The notes: generated from the letters alone by a model not told the origin. Numbered from the whole stretch's first letter, positions 48,461 through 62,021 are shown. The stretch is 63,186 bases of DNA, filler included, from Rhabdomonas costata (GCA_019059605.1; 50 parts of 50 records of this genome joined end to end with filler, not necessarily neighbours in it); one strand, 5' to 3'. Translations and numbers: made by a program.

Positions 48461-49072
48461 GGACGCGGGGTAACACGACCTCCTGGGTGAATCCCATCGG
48501 AGAGCATATTCGAGTGTCCGGTGTGCACAGACCTTTTGCTGGGATAGTTCTTTGAAAAAAGGAGTATTCTTGTCGTGGTTTATGCGTTGCTATTTGGTGC
48601 GGTAAGCTCTCGTTTCTAATTCGCGCAGATCTGTTGATAGGCTTCAAGACTATCCCCGTGACTTGGATTCGCCCAATCACCCAATTGAGTGTTTGTATAG
48701 ACTGGCATTTAGCCCACGGCAAGGCATCAATGGTAATACTGGTCCGCTGATAACTCTGGAAATTGTCAAAGTGGCAGGACAGCATAATGATATCTCATAT
48801 ATATGTCGTGCTCCGCCTCCTCCTTCAAAATGCTGCTCACGCTGTCGTTCGTCTGTGTGATTTCACAGCGCACTTTTTTTTGCAGTAGAACAGATGGGGG
48901 TGGTACGGGGCTTCTTTTTGCGGCGCAGTCTCATCGGTGCAGCGAGGGGACCTCAGCCACTTAGTAGAGCCCGTGCTGGACCGCCAGGTGTTCTTTACGA
49001 AGAACCACGCGAACAGCTGGTTTTGCGTGGAGTTCCTGAACGTGGAGGTCCGGCCCACGGCGTATACCCTGG
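48461..49072 (+). CDS. HECTD1/BTB-associated SUN-like (galactose-binding fold) domain fragment, exons 48461-48520 and 48929-49072
   Basis: TSWVNPIGEHIRVS|VSSVQRG...TKNHANSWFCVEFLNVEVRPTAYTL fits WVNP...VTSS...NxWFxxD...PxxYTL; phase-consistent. Confidence 0.7.
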
Positions 49073-49371
49073 GTATGGCGCACCCCTGTGTCTGGATCAC
49101 GTTCCGTCCTGGTGATCAAAAGGATGGCCGCTGTTGGCAGAAAAACGCAGGAACTCTTGCAGTGTATTAGTGTGCAGGGATGTGGCCCGACCTCACCTGT
49201 ATGTATTACTGCGATCGCGTGGGTTTCCCTGGAACCAACTTGAGCACGGGAAAGTATGGTTCCCACACACCNNNNNNNNNNNNNNNNNNNNNNNNNNNNN
49301 NNNNNNNNNNNNNNNTTAATTAATTAANNNNNNNNNNNNNNNNNNNNNNNNNNNNNNNNNNNNNNNNNNNN

Positions 49372-50202
49372 TTGGCCGCGCCGCTCTCCCACACCTCCGC
49401 CCCGTACGTCGTGCTGAGCTACATCCCGGGCAGCAACCTGAGCATCCCGTTGAGCTTTGAGCTGACGTTGGTGTCTGTGTCGCCGTGTGGTTCCCTGTGG
49501 GATGCTTCTGGGGCGGAGCTGCAGCCCGGGGATGTGGTGGGCCCAAACACGACTGCATTGTTCTACTGTCGGGACCCCTTGTTCAGCAGCGGAGTGATCA
49601 CGTACACCGGGGTGGAGAACGGGACTGCCGTGACGGTGGGCGCATCAGCACTCTCCTTTCCATCCCCTTGTCTCCCGGATCAGGTGAAAAGTAAAATGGT
49701 GAGCTGAATAATCGCTTGAAGGACGCGGAGCACCGCAGTGGACGAAAATCGCGGGTCGTGCAGGTCGCACGGCACGCGCAGACGGTAATGGAAAAATAGG
49801 GCTGACATTGAGGGAATATGTGGGTCCCTTGTTCACATCGACTTCACACGTCCTGCCGACAGACCGGTGCATCCATCAGCGCAAAATAGCATCCTTTGCT
49901 CGTTTTCCTGGACGTGCATTTGTTGGCCTCTGATTTTATCTGCTTTTTCATGGCCAATAAGGTCTGTGTCACCATATGCGCAACCGACCTCGCAAGTGCA
50001 TGCCATTGTGCATGCGCACAAGGCTTTCCCCGGCATCCTCTCTCCGCTTAGGGCCGCTTTGTGCTGCGCCGGAACAGTCCCCCGGTGGCGCCCAACATCA
50101 CCGTGCAGGCCGCGGCGGGCCGCAACGCGCTGTTCTACCTCCCCGTCTCCACAGCCACGCACCAGGCCCTGCAGTGCACCGTGGTCACCCTACCCCCGCG
50201 AG
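49372..50202 (+). CDS. Extracellular cadherin-like/Ig-like (tandem-95/Big-type) repeat protein fragment, 2 exons
   Basis: NSPPVAPNITVQAAAG...LQCTVVTLPPRG; beta-rich upstream exon with N-glycosylation sequons. Confidence 0.55.
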
Positions 50203-52379
50203 GTTGGACACCGGTCTCATACGTGCCCGCTTCGAGATTGCTGACCCCTCCCCCCGCTCCAAGTTTCGGTCAGATGCTTTGGAAATGCGTGAAGTGGAAA
50301 AAAGACACCGAGAAAAATGAAACTCACCAAAATGACGCACAGAGATGGATCCAGAAGCTTGGTAGCCGCAAGTCAACTCAGCTCACATGAACAATATCCC
50401 ATCCAGAATGAGCCCCTACCGACCGCTCCAGCTCAAGTTGTGATGCACCAACCAGGTCCTACAGTCCGGCTCTGGCTCTGGTCTAAGGGGGCCTCTTGGA
50501 GGAATGCTTAGCCGGTGACGGCGCTCCAACCCCCCCNNNNNNNNNNNNNNNNNNNNNNNNNNNNNNNNNNNNNNNNNNNNTTAATTAATTAANNNNNNNN
50601 NNNNNNNNNNNNNNNNNNNNNNNNNNNNNNNNNNNNCCTTTTATCTGACCAGCGCGGATTTGCAGTCACCTTTGATTTTACGGCACCTGCTTCCCTGTCC
50701 CGCTGTGAGCGGGCTCTCCTCTAGAATGTTTCGCGTGGCGGAAGTCTTGCTGCGGAGGCAATTGCCACATAAACCCAGGCTAAGCCGGAAGGGACAGATC
50801 TCAATTTAGTATGCGTGCTCGTCAACTCTAGCGGTTGCATGTGGGATGCATTGCCACCAATGTGCGTCGTGTGGTCCACCTTCCGTGCAATCGTTCAAAC
50901 TCCTTGAGAAAAGAAATTCACAAATATCCGGCATGAACTGTACTGATGGACAGTTTAGGATCCGCAAGCTTTATACGAAGATAAACAAAACAACCCGATG
51001 GTTACCAAATCTGGTCAGCCAAGTAGCGGTGGAGGAACAAAGAAGCTGCTTTTCTTTCAGCATCACAATCAATAGTAGTCGATACTGTTGACGTCATGCC
51101 TCGTCACGCCATGCCTCGTCTCGTTGGTTCTCATCAATCATAAAAACGGCAAAGGTCCAGCCAGGTTTGTGTGAAACTGAAACTTCGCTGAACAGTACTC
51201 TGCGGGGGTGGATAGGCCAACACCTTGTGGGATTTGGGACTTTTGCAATCGATTATAGCCGTGTTCCTAATGCAGGGCAGGGCAACGACTTTTGATTTTT
51301 TTAAAACAACTTAGTCTTCTTCTCTTTCAGTGAGAAGCACGGCCTGCTGGACACTGCAAGAATCATCTCCGGGCACAAATCGACGTGGGCCGGGAAAAAG
51401 TGCGGAAACTCCCACTCTTGCTTTCGCGTCACGCGCGTCCCTTGTCTCGCATTCGAAATGTTTTCCTTGCTGAGTGAGGTTTTTCCTCGCCCTGGGGGAA
51501 GAAAAAAGTATACCTAACTCCATTTAGATGAACTTGGTACATTCTATCCAACCCCCGTGTCCTAAAAATAGCATCCCAAAGAATGCATCTGATTCGGACG
51601 TTAAGCAGTGATAAATAAAGCATCGCCCACCCCATGGAACGTCCCAGCCCATCCACCAGCTCCGGCCTCCGCGGCTCTGGGCTTCGCACTTAATCTAATC
51701 GAATCCCTTTTGTATGCCATCTCATGGGAACTGTTCATTGCCCTTGCGTTCTGACCTAAACGTTTAGCGCTGCTAAACGTTTCACGTCCCCACCCCACCC
51801 CNNNNNNNNNNNNNNNNNNNNNNNNNNNNNNNNNNNNNNNNNNNNTTAATTAATTAANNNNNNNNNNNNNNNNNNNNNNNNNNNNNNNNNNNNNNNNNNN
51901 NGGGGTTGGGGGTCCAAAAATTGATAATTTTCATGACAGGGGCATGCGGTTCGAAAAATTTAGCCGTCGATTTTTTGCATGGGACGTTTCCAGAAGCTAG
52001 TTCACCCCCATAACCTGGGGCTGAAGTACCTGTGGCGGCTTGAAACTTGACTACTTCTAACAAAAATAATGCAAAATTTTTGTGACAGACATCGGACAAA
52101 CAGACAGACACACACACGCAGACATTTTTTTGTTATGTCGTGCATGCTAAACCCTCAACTTACTTCTTCGTTTCGATTCATAAACAAATTCACACACACA
52201 CACACACACACGGACACGAAGGCAGCTACCGGCGCAGCTCACCACAAGGGCGGGGCACCTCAGAGCGGTCTTTGCGACCCCCGAGATGGCACCAACAAGG
52301 GCGGACACCCTTTCCTCCGAGAGCTGTGCAAGGCACATTCAGAGAGGCGTGCAGATACTCACATAAAAATATACACATG

Positions 52380-52382
52380 CAC

Positions 52383-52431
<49 letters not shown>

Positions 52432-52447
52432 TACATATACACATACA
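52380..52447 (+). repeat. (CATACA)n microsatellite inside a putative 150-nt GC-AG intron (52333-52482)
   Basis: About 11 copies; flanks read FLRELCK|gc...aag|EYCAREG. Confidence 0.9.
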
Positions 52448-53168
52448 CGCACGCACATATACACACACGCACACATACAAAGGAGTACTGCGCCAGGGAG
52501 GGCGAAGCTGCAAATGTGTCGTGGCGGGAACCTGCGACTCACCCGCAGTAAGTAAGAGCCTTCGTGTTGAAAGATCGCAAATAAAAACACGATGGCATTC
52601 ACCCCACAAAACGCATCTGCACACCTGCCTGTTAACGTTAGCGCTGCATTGCAGCGGTCGCAAAGGCAATGCAAGGGCAGGTACAGTTTTCCGCTTGCTT
52701 GAGCCTTGGAGACCAGGTTTTGGAGATTAGCACGCCTGGGACTCTACTTCTCTCTACTTCTTCTACTTCTTTCCTCGCTCATCATTTGGTATGCAGTGGG
52801 CCATACAGAAACACATGCACAGACAAATCGCAGGGGGCTCCCAAAGTCAACATAAAAAAAGCCGGAATGATGCCTACACTGCACAAAGGAAAGGATGCGA
52901 GAAAGAATCATACGCTTACCTTCAAAGGACTGAAAAGGCCTGTTCGGGAAAGGATGGGATTCGGCTCTGCATCTGAATTGATTTAGCTGGATCACTCTCA
53001 ATGCAAAAACACACCGTAGAGCAGATCTCAGAGGGAAGCTCCACCTGAGAGAAAAAGCCCCACACACCNNNNNNNNNNNNNNNNNNNNNNNNNNNNNNNN
53101 NNNNNNNNNNNNTTAATTAATTAANNNNNNNNNNNNNNNNNNNNNNNNNNNNNNNNNNNNNNNNNNNN

Positions 53169-54172
53169 ACTATCCTCCACCCACCCCATTTCTGACCCTC
53201 ATATTCCTATCCTGCTTCAGTCTTTGCATTTTCATTGATATTTTGCTTTATCGATTTGTTTCTCACGTGCTTAGTTCACCCCTGCTATCTCTCGCGTTCC
53301 TTCCTGTATATTGTTTGTTTTTAGTGTTGCACTCTTCCCGCACTCTGGTGCCTGTGCCGCAGTGCGTTTTTCTGAAAAATACAATTTTCAGTTTAGAACT
53401 GTACATAGTGCCCCTTGTTTTGTTTCTTCGTTCGCACTGTTTTACCGCTCTATTTCTTCTCGCGTTCCATCTTGTAACTTTCTTCGGTGAACCCGCACAC
53501 GTAGTTGTGTTCATTGTGCTTTTCGTAAATCATTGCTGGTTTTTCCTTGCGTTTTTCTTGTAAAAGCTGTTTTGGTGCTGACCTCTGCTACTGCAAGTAC
53601 TTTGTGAGCTCAGCAAAGTGCATCGTGCTTGTTTTTGGGTAAATTTGGAACAATTGTGTGGTAAGGGACGCCATCATAGCTTCGGCTTGACCCTCAATAA
53701 TCGAAGAGAAAAAGGTCCCAAAGAACGGAAATCGATCATCGTACGTAGAATCACCAGCGGCAAGCGACTACGGAGACTTGTGCCTACGCTTTCTAGATGC
53801 GCCGGATGAAACACCCCCCATTTCACGTTCCCGTCTCAGGACATGCTTTCTTCACGTCAGAACAGGCATCGTCTTGTCCCACCCTGGTTTATTGTCGGTT
53901 GGTTTTTCTGAAGTCTTTCATCTGATCGGACCCCCACCCCCCTTACCGCTACTCAACCACTTTTTTCCGTACCGTCCCCTGCCGTTTTGGACTATCCTCC
54001 ACCCACCCCATTTCTGACCCTCACATTCCTATCCTGCTTCAGTCTTTGCATTTTCATTGATATTTTGCTTTATCGTTTGTTTCTTACGTGCTTAGTTCAC
54101 CCCTGCTATCTCTCGCGTTCCTTCCTGTAAATTGTTTGTTTTTAGTGTTACACTCTTCCCGCACTCTGGTGC
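53169..54172 (+). repeat. Diverged ~183-bp direct repeat (53169-53351 and 53991-54172), period ~822 bp
   Basis: Copies differ by about 4 substitutions and 1 indel. Confidence 0.92.
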
Positions 54173-56153
54173 AGCAGTGCCGTGATTTTGAGAAAGTCTA
54201 CGCCTTCTCTGTTTTTGCCTGATCATTTTACGAGGATTGCCACCTCGCTGACAACAGACCATCCAAACTGCAACTGGCATCAGAGTCATCAGACTGTCAC
54301 CAGAATCTGAAAAGCCTCCCCCCCCAAAACACAANNNNNNNNNNNNNNNNNNNNNNNNNNNNNNNNNNNNNNNNNNNNTTAATTAATTAANNNNNNNNNN
54401 NNNNNNNNNNNNNNNNNNNNNNNNNNNNNNNNNNGGTGGTTGGTGTCGGTGTCTGCGTTTGTGGTGCTGGGGATAGTCTTCTAGGTGTCAGCATTCTGGT
54501 TTCGGCATACGGTTTTTCATATGTTATGGATGTGGTTGGTGATTCTTGCGCTACAGCGGCTGTGTTTGGTTGTGGTACAGAAGGTTTCGATGGTGCTTTG
54601 GGTGTCTCTATGATGCATGGGTAGGTTTCGGTTGATTTGCATGGGGTTAGTGGTGTTTGAGCTGGTGGTTCCTTGTTGTCGTACTGTAACTGTGGCTTGC
54701 TGTGTGAGGGTTCCTCTTCGATGTCCTATTCTTGAGCTTGCATACGTGGTTGTTGAATGCTATGGAATTATGGCCAGTACCGGTTTCTGATTGGTTGTCT
54801 CCGGTGATGGGGGCTTCTGGTATGCGTTGCGAGGTTGGTGCGTGTTATTCTGCTTGGTGCTGGTGGCGTATCTGCTGGTGTGTGTTTCGATGCTGGTTAG
54901 GTTCTGCGTGACGACGGCTCTGATTCTGATGTGAGGTCACATTGGTGAGTCGATTGTTAGCGTAATTCTGTTTGTTCCTCAATGTATTAGCATAGTGTGT
55001 TGTTGCTCCTGGTCTTCGGTCTTCGAGTTTGATGGTGCCTAGTTGGAGTCGGTGTGGAAGTTGGGCTGTGTTGGCATCTTGAGTGGTTCTTGTTTGGAGT
55101 GTTGTGTTGCTTTCGTGGATCGTGGTGTCTGGTATGGTGGTGATGTGGTGGTAACTGTGTGTTGAATTTCTGCTGTGGTATTTGACGGTATTCGTGATGT
55201 TCTAGGAACCTCCCTCGTGAGTACTACAACAACACACCATTCGTGATATAATGCGATCCCAGATAACCATAGTAGCACGGGTAACACCTGAAGTTATGCG
55301 TCTGGGTTGTGATCGTTTTTCCAAGTGACCGAACCAACACAAAGCACGTGGTGACGCAGGTATCACGGTGAGGCTATGCAACGTAGCGCGTAACTCAACA
55401 CCTGAGGTCCTTGCGGTATTAGTGGCTGGAGTCGTGGCATGTCATCAAGCCATATGTTGGCCAAGGTGATGTGACCTCCAGTAGTGAACATGAATCCACA
55501 CGAGATGTGATAGTAGTGCTGGGTAGGTGACCCAACGTCGACCTGCAGTGGCTGCAGTGGGCCTGCGAACCCTGCTGTAGGGGACAATAAACCCACACCN
55601 NNNNNNNNNNNNNNNNNNNNNNNNNNNNNNNNNNNNNNNNNNNTTAATTAATTAANNNNNNNNNNNNNNNNNNNNNNNNNNNNNNNNNNNNNNNNNNNNG
55701 AAGGGGAAAAAGGAATCTAATTTTGTAGAGGGCGCTAGATGGAGTTAGACGGTGGGTTCGTGAGCTCAGATTTCTGCATCTTTCACCTTCGACCTGGCCC
55801 TTGGTCCTGCTTCCTATCTCCTTCCAATTGAGTCATTCTTCAATCCTTCTCGTTCAGTGAGAGAGGATGATGTGTGAACCGTTAAAGGACCACAAAGATT
55901 GCGGGGAGAACGCTTTCCTTGGTGAGAAATTCAGCAGAAATGCAATTTGCAAATGCAAGTTGAATAGTGAGGTTCCAGCTGCAGATGTGCTTGCAATTCA
56001 TGCGCTTTCCTGAACAAGCGGGATTTACACGTGACTTGGTAAGAATTACGATTTCAGCCAGCAACCACTCGTGAGTTCAGCCGCGCTGTGTGGCTGTGTC
56101 GACGGACTTAAGTTTCAGCCTGACCATGCTGAGGTTTTCTCTTTGCCTCTCAG

Positions 56154-56384
56154 ATGCCTCCTCGCCGAGGGGGGCCCAGAGGGCCCTCCCCCCACAACCC
56201 GTACCAGCTCCGCCTCCTTCAGCTAGCCCGTGGGGGCGGCAGCCCCGCAGCACGGGGCGCCCCTGCCACCATCCCTCCGGGCGCCGAGGGGGAAGTGTGC
56301 CAGAACTGGCTTCAGCACGGGGGGCGGTGCGTGTATGGCAACAACTGCCCTCGGCTGCACACAGCGCCCGTGGCGCTGGCGTGA
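56154..56384 (+). CDS. CCCH zinc-finger protein (small gene or terminal exon)
   Basis: CQNWLQHGGRCVYGNNCPRLH; ATG directly follows a pyrimidine tract and CAG. Confidence 0.82.
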   Translation: MPPRRGGPRGPSPHNPYQLRLLQLARGGGSPAARGAPATIPPGAEGEVCQNWLQHGGRCVYGNNCPRLHTAPVALA

Positions 56385-58962
56385 GGCCCTTCCTCTTTCA
56401 CCCCTCTGTCGCTGTGTGCAGCAAGGTTTTCACTCGGGGAGAAAGGGAGGTCGGGAAACGTATTGTCAACAACAGTACCCACTCAATTACGGTGAGTGAA
56501 CATGTCAGTGCTGCTTCTACGTCTGTTGGCGTTCTTGAGGGTTTTTGTTTCACACAGTGCGTGAAGATATGAAAACGTTAACACTGGAGGGCCGTTTTTT
56601 CTTCTGGTTTTCTGGTCGGATACCTCGTGTTCTGTGTGGGGCTTGGTCTGTTCCCCTGGTGATAGTGAGGTCAAAAAAGACGATAATGACGCAAAAAAGA
56701 CGATAGTTTTTACAATCGTCTTTTCTGATAGTGTTCACTGTCGTCTGCCATCCCAACTTGGACACTCTCCCTATTAAACTGTAATAAATGTTGACATCAT
56801 GAGGGCATCAAAGAACAACCAACCCTCCTTGAGAAATTTGTTTTGGTCATGTCACCCCCCCCCCNNNNNNNNNNNNNNNNNNNNNNNNNNNNNNNNNNNN
56901 NNNNNNNNTTAATTAATTAANNNNNNNNNNNNNNNNNNNNNNNNNNNNNNNNNNNNNNNNNNNNTTTGTGGTTGGTGGGGCCAAAAGACCTCGCTGTCTT
57001 CTGCCGAGTTAGCGTCGTCCCGCTGCGGGACATCCTCGTCCTTGTTCGGCGTTTCCAGCTGGGGAGGGGGTAGCGAGGTACTCTCCTAAAATGAGGAATT
57101 GCACACGAGGGGTCCCGTGCAAGTGAAAGGGGGCACAGGTGATCTCAGAGTGCTTGCCGTTCCGGTTATGCTGTCGGTGGTTTCCCGCAAGTGAGACAGC
57201 ATTGAGGGAAGAGGGGGTGTGGAGGAGTGCGCAGGAGTGGTCTTTTGAGAATCATGTGGAAAAAAGTAGTACTGTGCTTGCCTGCTGTCAGGGTCCTATG
57301 CACATGGCTAAGAACAACTGAAATCGGCGTCTGCGCACATTTATTTCTACACTGCGGGCAGATAAGCTCTGAAGAGCGGTGCTCCTGCTTCTTTACCGAT
57401 GACAAAAGGCGAAAGCCCTGAAATGTGGTGCGGTGTCTCAGTTCATTTACAGAGTTACTGAAACAACGGCGAAAAACTAAAAAAAGCAGAACTTGTGAGC
57501 AAAAGTGGTTGGTAACAGACTCGAGACAACTCGCGGGCGGGCCAGAAAGCAATATTCAAAGTAGGGAAAAGGCAACAAAGGGTGCAGTTGGTGTCTTCAC
57601 CTGCTCATGCTCCGCCGAGGAAGTCAGTGGAGAGGGGGAGGTGGTGGCCTCCTGCAGTGCTTCCCTGTGGGGAGATGTCACGAGGAAATCATAAAAGAGG
57701 AGCTCCTCAACATCACATCAACCACTGCGCGAAGCCGATACAACGCGGATGATTCACATACGTATTTTTGAAGCCATCGGGGACCGCGCCCCAGGGAGCT
57801 CAAACGCGCCCGCCTCGCCCCGCCACCCAAATCATACAAAAGCCTGCCCTTGGAGACAAATCACTATTGAAGGGACCGGTCATAATCTCGCTGAGCGGTA
57901 TCGCAAGGAAGATCAACGTTCACCGGCGCTGATGAACCAATCCCGCATTAGTCCATTGTAAACTCTTCCGCGGGTCTGCAACAGTCGCATTACCAATCCA
58001 ACTATTTCTGCTGCACCAATAATTTTTTCCAGCTTCATGTGTACGAGCGCTTGCCTTGTGCCTTTTCGCTCTCAGTTGCAACACGCTGAATGACGCCACC
58101 TCCCAATCCACCCCATTCAACCCCAACCNNNNNNNNNNNNNNNNNNNNNNNNNNNNNNNNNNNNNNNNNNNNTTAATTAATTAANNNNNNNNNNNNNNNN
58201 NNNNNNNNNNNNNNNNNNNNNNNNNNNNTGTGGTGGCTGAGGGTTCTTCTTCTTCTTTGCGTTTTCGTTGTGTTCTTCTTCTTCTTCTTCTTTTCGGAAT
58301 TCACCTTCACTTCTTGTTCCACCCAAAGAGACTGGGTGTTCAAAGAAGGAGTGGGCCGAGCAGCTGCGCGCTTCCCCCAGCTCCCCAGGGGGACCACTAG
58401 AGGCTGCAGCCCGTGCTGACCACCACACAGCCCCTACAAGCCGAAGAGGGGATCCTCTCTACCGCTTAATTGAGAGAGTGTCACCATCAAGGATCCAGCT
58501 CTAGCGGGACTCCAGCTCCTGCGCCACCACTTATTTCCACATTCCTCACCCAAAGAGAGAGAGAGAGCTCGGCCCCAAACAACTGAGGTGGGGCAACGGT
58601 GTTCTCTCTCCCCAACATTCAGGCGGTAGGCGGGACTTGACCCGAGCTGGCCAGTGCCTCCGATAGAGTGCGTCCTCCTGGCACAGACATCCCACAATCG
58701 CGCACTCCTTTCTCCATCGGCACCGTTGTGTAACCTTCCCCTTTCTCTTTCTGTTTCCCGCGTTTCTGCAGGCTTGCGGGGAGAAAACAAAAGTTTCCAA
58801 AAGAAACGAGAATTTTGTAATTCAATATTAAAATTTGATAATTCAAATGGGAAAATGGGAAATGCTGTAAAGAGGAGAAGAAATGTTTGGCCTTTGGTAA
58901 TTGCGAACGGTGCGATTTGTAGGGTTCTGCAATGAACGGCTGCGGAATTCCTCTTTGTTCCA

Positions 58963-59148
58963 ATGTTGCTTTCAGCGCTTCCTGTGGAACTTGTTGAGTT
59001 TATTTTAAAATTTCTCACACTGAGAAATTTGGCAAGATGTTGTCGAGTCTGCTCCGGCTGGAGATCGATCGTGGTCGTGCATCCCCAACTTCGACCTCGC
59101 GTTGATGTCACCAAAGCCGTCGAACTTTTCAACGAAAAGGCGGAGCTG
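58963..59148 (+). CDS. F-box protein, first exon
   Basis: MLLSALPVELVEFILKFLTLRNLARCCRVCSGWRSIV is a canonical F-box; donor ctg|gtttgt. Confidence 0.92.
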
Positions 59149-59857
59149 GTTTGTGTTGTTTGTGGACTGTGATGATTTTTGATTCAGGTGATTTTTTTTA
59201 CCGAACTTAAACCATGTTGCTGAAGTTCATGTGAATTCACGAATTAACCCCGGAATAGCAGACGCTGGCACGTGTGTGAAAGCACTCGAACATGTTCGGA
59301 TATCAATGGTGGCCTGTGGACTTACGCTGTGGGTGTAAACTCGACCCCCCGTCACGCCATGAATACCAGGGGAACTTCCCCGCCCAAGCACANNNNNNNN
59401 NNNNNNNNNNNNNNNNNNNNNNNNNNNNNNNNNNNNTTAATTAATTAANNNNNNNNNNNNNNNNNNNNNNNNNNNNNNNNNNNNNNNNNNNNGTTGGTGG
59501 GTCCCTTGCCTTTTCCGCGTTACGCAGCGCTTTTTATGACAGCCTTCTTTGCTGGATCCTTTGCGGACATCGAAGAATTGCGCACTTACACGGAAGAAAA
59601 ACATTGGTGGGTCTTTGGGTGTCCTTCATTTTTCGTTCTCTTACCCTTTGAATTTGTTTTTATGTGCACCATTTCTCCGCATCATAAGAGCTCTTTCTCC
59701 GCTTTAGGGATGGATTGCATGCAAATCTCTTCGGCAATGGTCATCTCTTGTAATGTTAAAGCCACTGTTGCGCCCAGTTCTCAGGTTCTTTGTTAACAGT
59801 CATATTATTTTTTGGGAGAGCAGTTTTTCCGTTGTTCCGCCGCATATGTGTCTCCAG

Positions 59858-60337
59858 GGAGCGGGAAGTGGAGGTTCGAGAAGCCCAAGGTGAAGCCCTC
59901 TGGGAAGCTGCTGGCTCCCGAGGAGCGCAGTGGGCACTCTGCGGCCGTTATTGGCTCGACGTATGTCGATATTCAGCCTGTTGCACGCTCGTTGATGCCC
60001 TAGGTTGCTTCGGGTTAACTCGTATCATACATCCTGAAATCTTTCAGGAATGGGCACTTACCGGGAGGGATCAAGGGGTAATTGGTTCAAACTTGGAGCT
60101 GCAGCACCACAAAACCCAGCGCGCGATGTTTTAGTGGCCCGCGGGATAGTATCAAGCTCCATCCCTTTTTGAGCATATTTATCACTTGTCGTGCCATTCC
60201 ACTCGTGATGAGTGAGATTGCGGGTCCGGCGTGGGGCCTCTTCGCATGCGTTTTTTCTTTTGCTCATTTTAGGATGATCATTTGCGGTGGAGCTAATGTG
60301 TCGGATACGTTCAGCGACGTGTGGCAGTACAACTTGG
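59858..60337 (+). CDS. Kelch-repeat protein fragment, exons 59858-59960 and 60273-60337
   Basis: PEERSGHSAAVIGST|MIICGGANVSDTFSDVWQYNL; phase-consistent GT-AG. Confidence 0.9.
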
Positions 60338-61176
60338 GTGTGCTGTCTGCTGGGGTGGCTGTCTAAGCGATCAGCGCGGGAGGATGCATCAATTGATGAC
60401 ATGAGGGGATGTCAGTTTGTGTTATTCCAAGCCATGCTCTTTGTGTCGAGGTTCTCCTCTTTTCAGTCTTCTCGCCCCACTTTGCTTCCGTCAAGGTTAA
60501 CCCCTTTCCCCTTCTTTGGTACCACCTGCAAGTCCTGTGGGGTTTGTATTGATGAAAAAGGGGAAAGGGGTTAACCTTGACGGAAGCAAAGTGGGGCGAG
60601 AAGACTGAAAAGAGGAGAACCTCGACACAAAGAGCATGGCTTGGAATACCACAAAAANNNNNNNNNNNNNNNNNNNNNNNNNNNNNNNNNNNNNNNNNNN
60701 NTTAATTAATTAANNNNNNNNNNNNNNNNNNNNNNNNNNNNNNNNNNNNNNNNNNNNGTGATATTCGCTTTGCTCACGATGGTTGCCTGCATCTTCGCCT
60801 CCTGCATCTGTGCCACACTAGCCGTTTGCATTCCTGCGCGTTTCTTTTTCCTTTTTGCCGTCCGTTCGTCTTTTCCCTTCCACAATTTTGGTGAACTCAT
60901 GAGTGCAATAAGCTCTCTCTGCTCAAACCTCTCACTGTGGCGAAAATCCGAAGCGAAGGGCTTCCCGCATCCGCATGTCAACATCTCCCCTCCCCTCTGT
61001 CCTCAGTTGTGTAAAAATCAGATCAGTGCTTGATTTCTCCTTGAGTGCTTTGCATTTTTAATTTGTTGTGCTTTTCTTACCCACCAAAACGTAGTTACGT
61101 CCGAGGCTTGCGTTTGGGGAAGCACGGAAAGCGCGGGGTTTTCTCTGTTTTCGAGGTGGGGGGCATCCCCTCGCAG

Positions 61177-61699
61177 GAGGAGCTTGCTGCAGCCCAGACG
61201 GTGGAAACCACAGTTCAAGATCAGCAGGTGCAGCTCTCCGCTCAGCATAAAGCCGCTGAGACTCAAACAGAGGTACCAGATCCTCCCTCCTCCCTAGCCT
61301 CCAGCAACGCATATTTCCTCCTACCATTCATTCGAGATGCCGGAGCTTTCAACCTCGAAGCATCGATGTAGTGAGGGGAGTTGCGGGAAATGCGCTGTTG
61401 TGGGGACAAGTATGTGCACCGATAAACAGAAAAAAATGTGTGTTCCTCTCCGTCCCCGCCTCATCTGTCCGCTCTGGCCCCGGTCCCTAATCTTCACAAA
61501 ATCCCTATATGTTTGAGGGCGTGTAACGCTTAACGACCCCCCCCCCAATACATTTGTCCCGGGATTGCAAAGTTCTGGAGGTGGGGATAAATATCCCTCG
61601 CAGGAGGAGCTTGCCGGGGCCCAGACGGCCGAGACCATACTTCGGAATCAGCTGGCACAGCTCTTGGTAGAGCAGAAGACTACTGCGACTGAGACAGAG
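61177..61699 (+). CDS. Coiled-coil protein built from duplicated 96-nt phase-0 exons (61177-61272, 61604-61699)
   Basis: EELAAAQTVETTVQDQQVQLSAQHKAAETQTE / EELAGAQTAETILRNQLAQLLVEQKTTATETE, both preceded by ccctcgcag. Confidence 0.82.
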
Positions 61700-62021
61700 G
61701 TGCGCGTCCCCCCACCCTCCCCTGTCCGTGTCGGCCCTTTCAACGCCTTTTCCTTCCTCCCGTTGAGGCGAGGCGAGATGCCGTCAGCATCAGAATCCCG
61801 AGGCGCTTCTAAAAAACCGTTCACAAGGGTTTGTTTGGTATGTCGGTGACGGTTGTCAGGTGACCAAAAACGGCGAGAAGCAAGAGGATCTGGAGACACC
61901 CTCCCCCCCCCCCCCGAAAAANNNNNNNNNNNNNNNNNNNNNNNNNNNNNNNNNNNNNNNNNNNNTTAATTAATTAANNNNNNNNNNNNNNNNNNNNNNN
62001 NNNNNNNNNNNNNNNNNNNNN

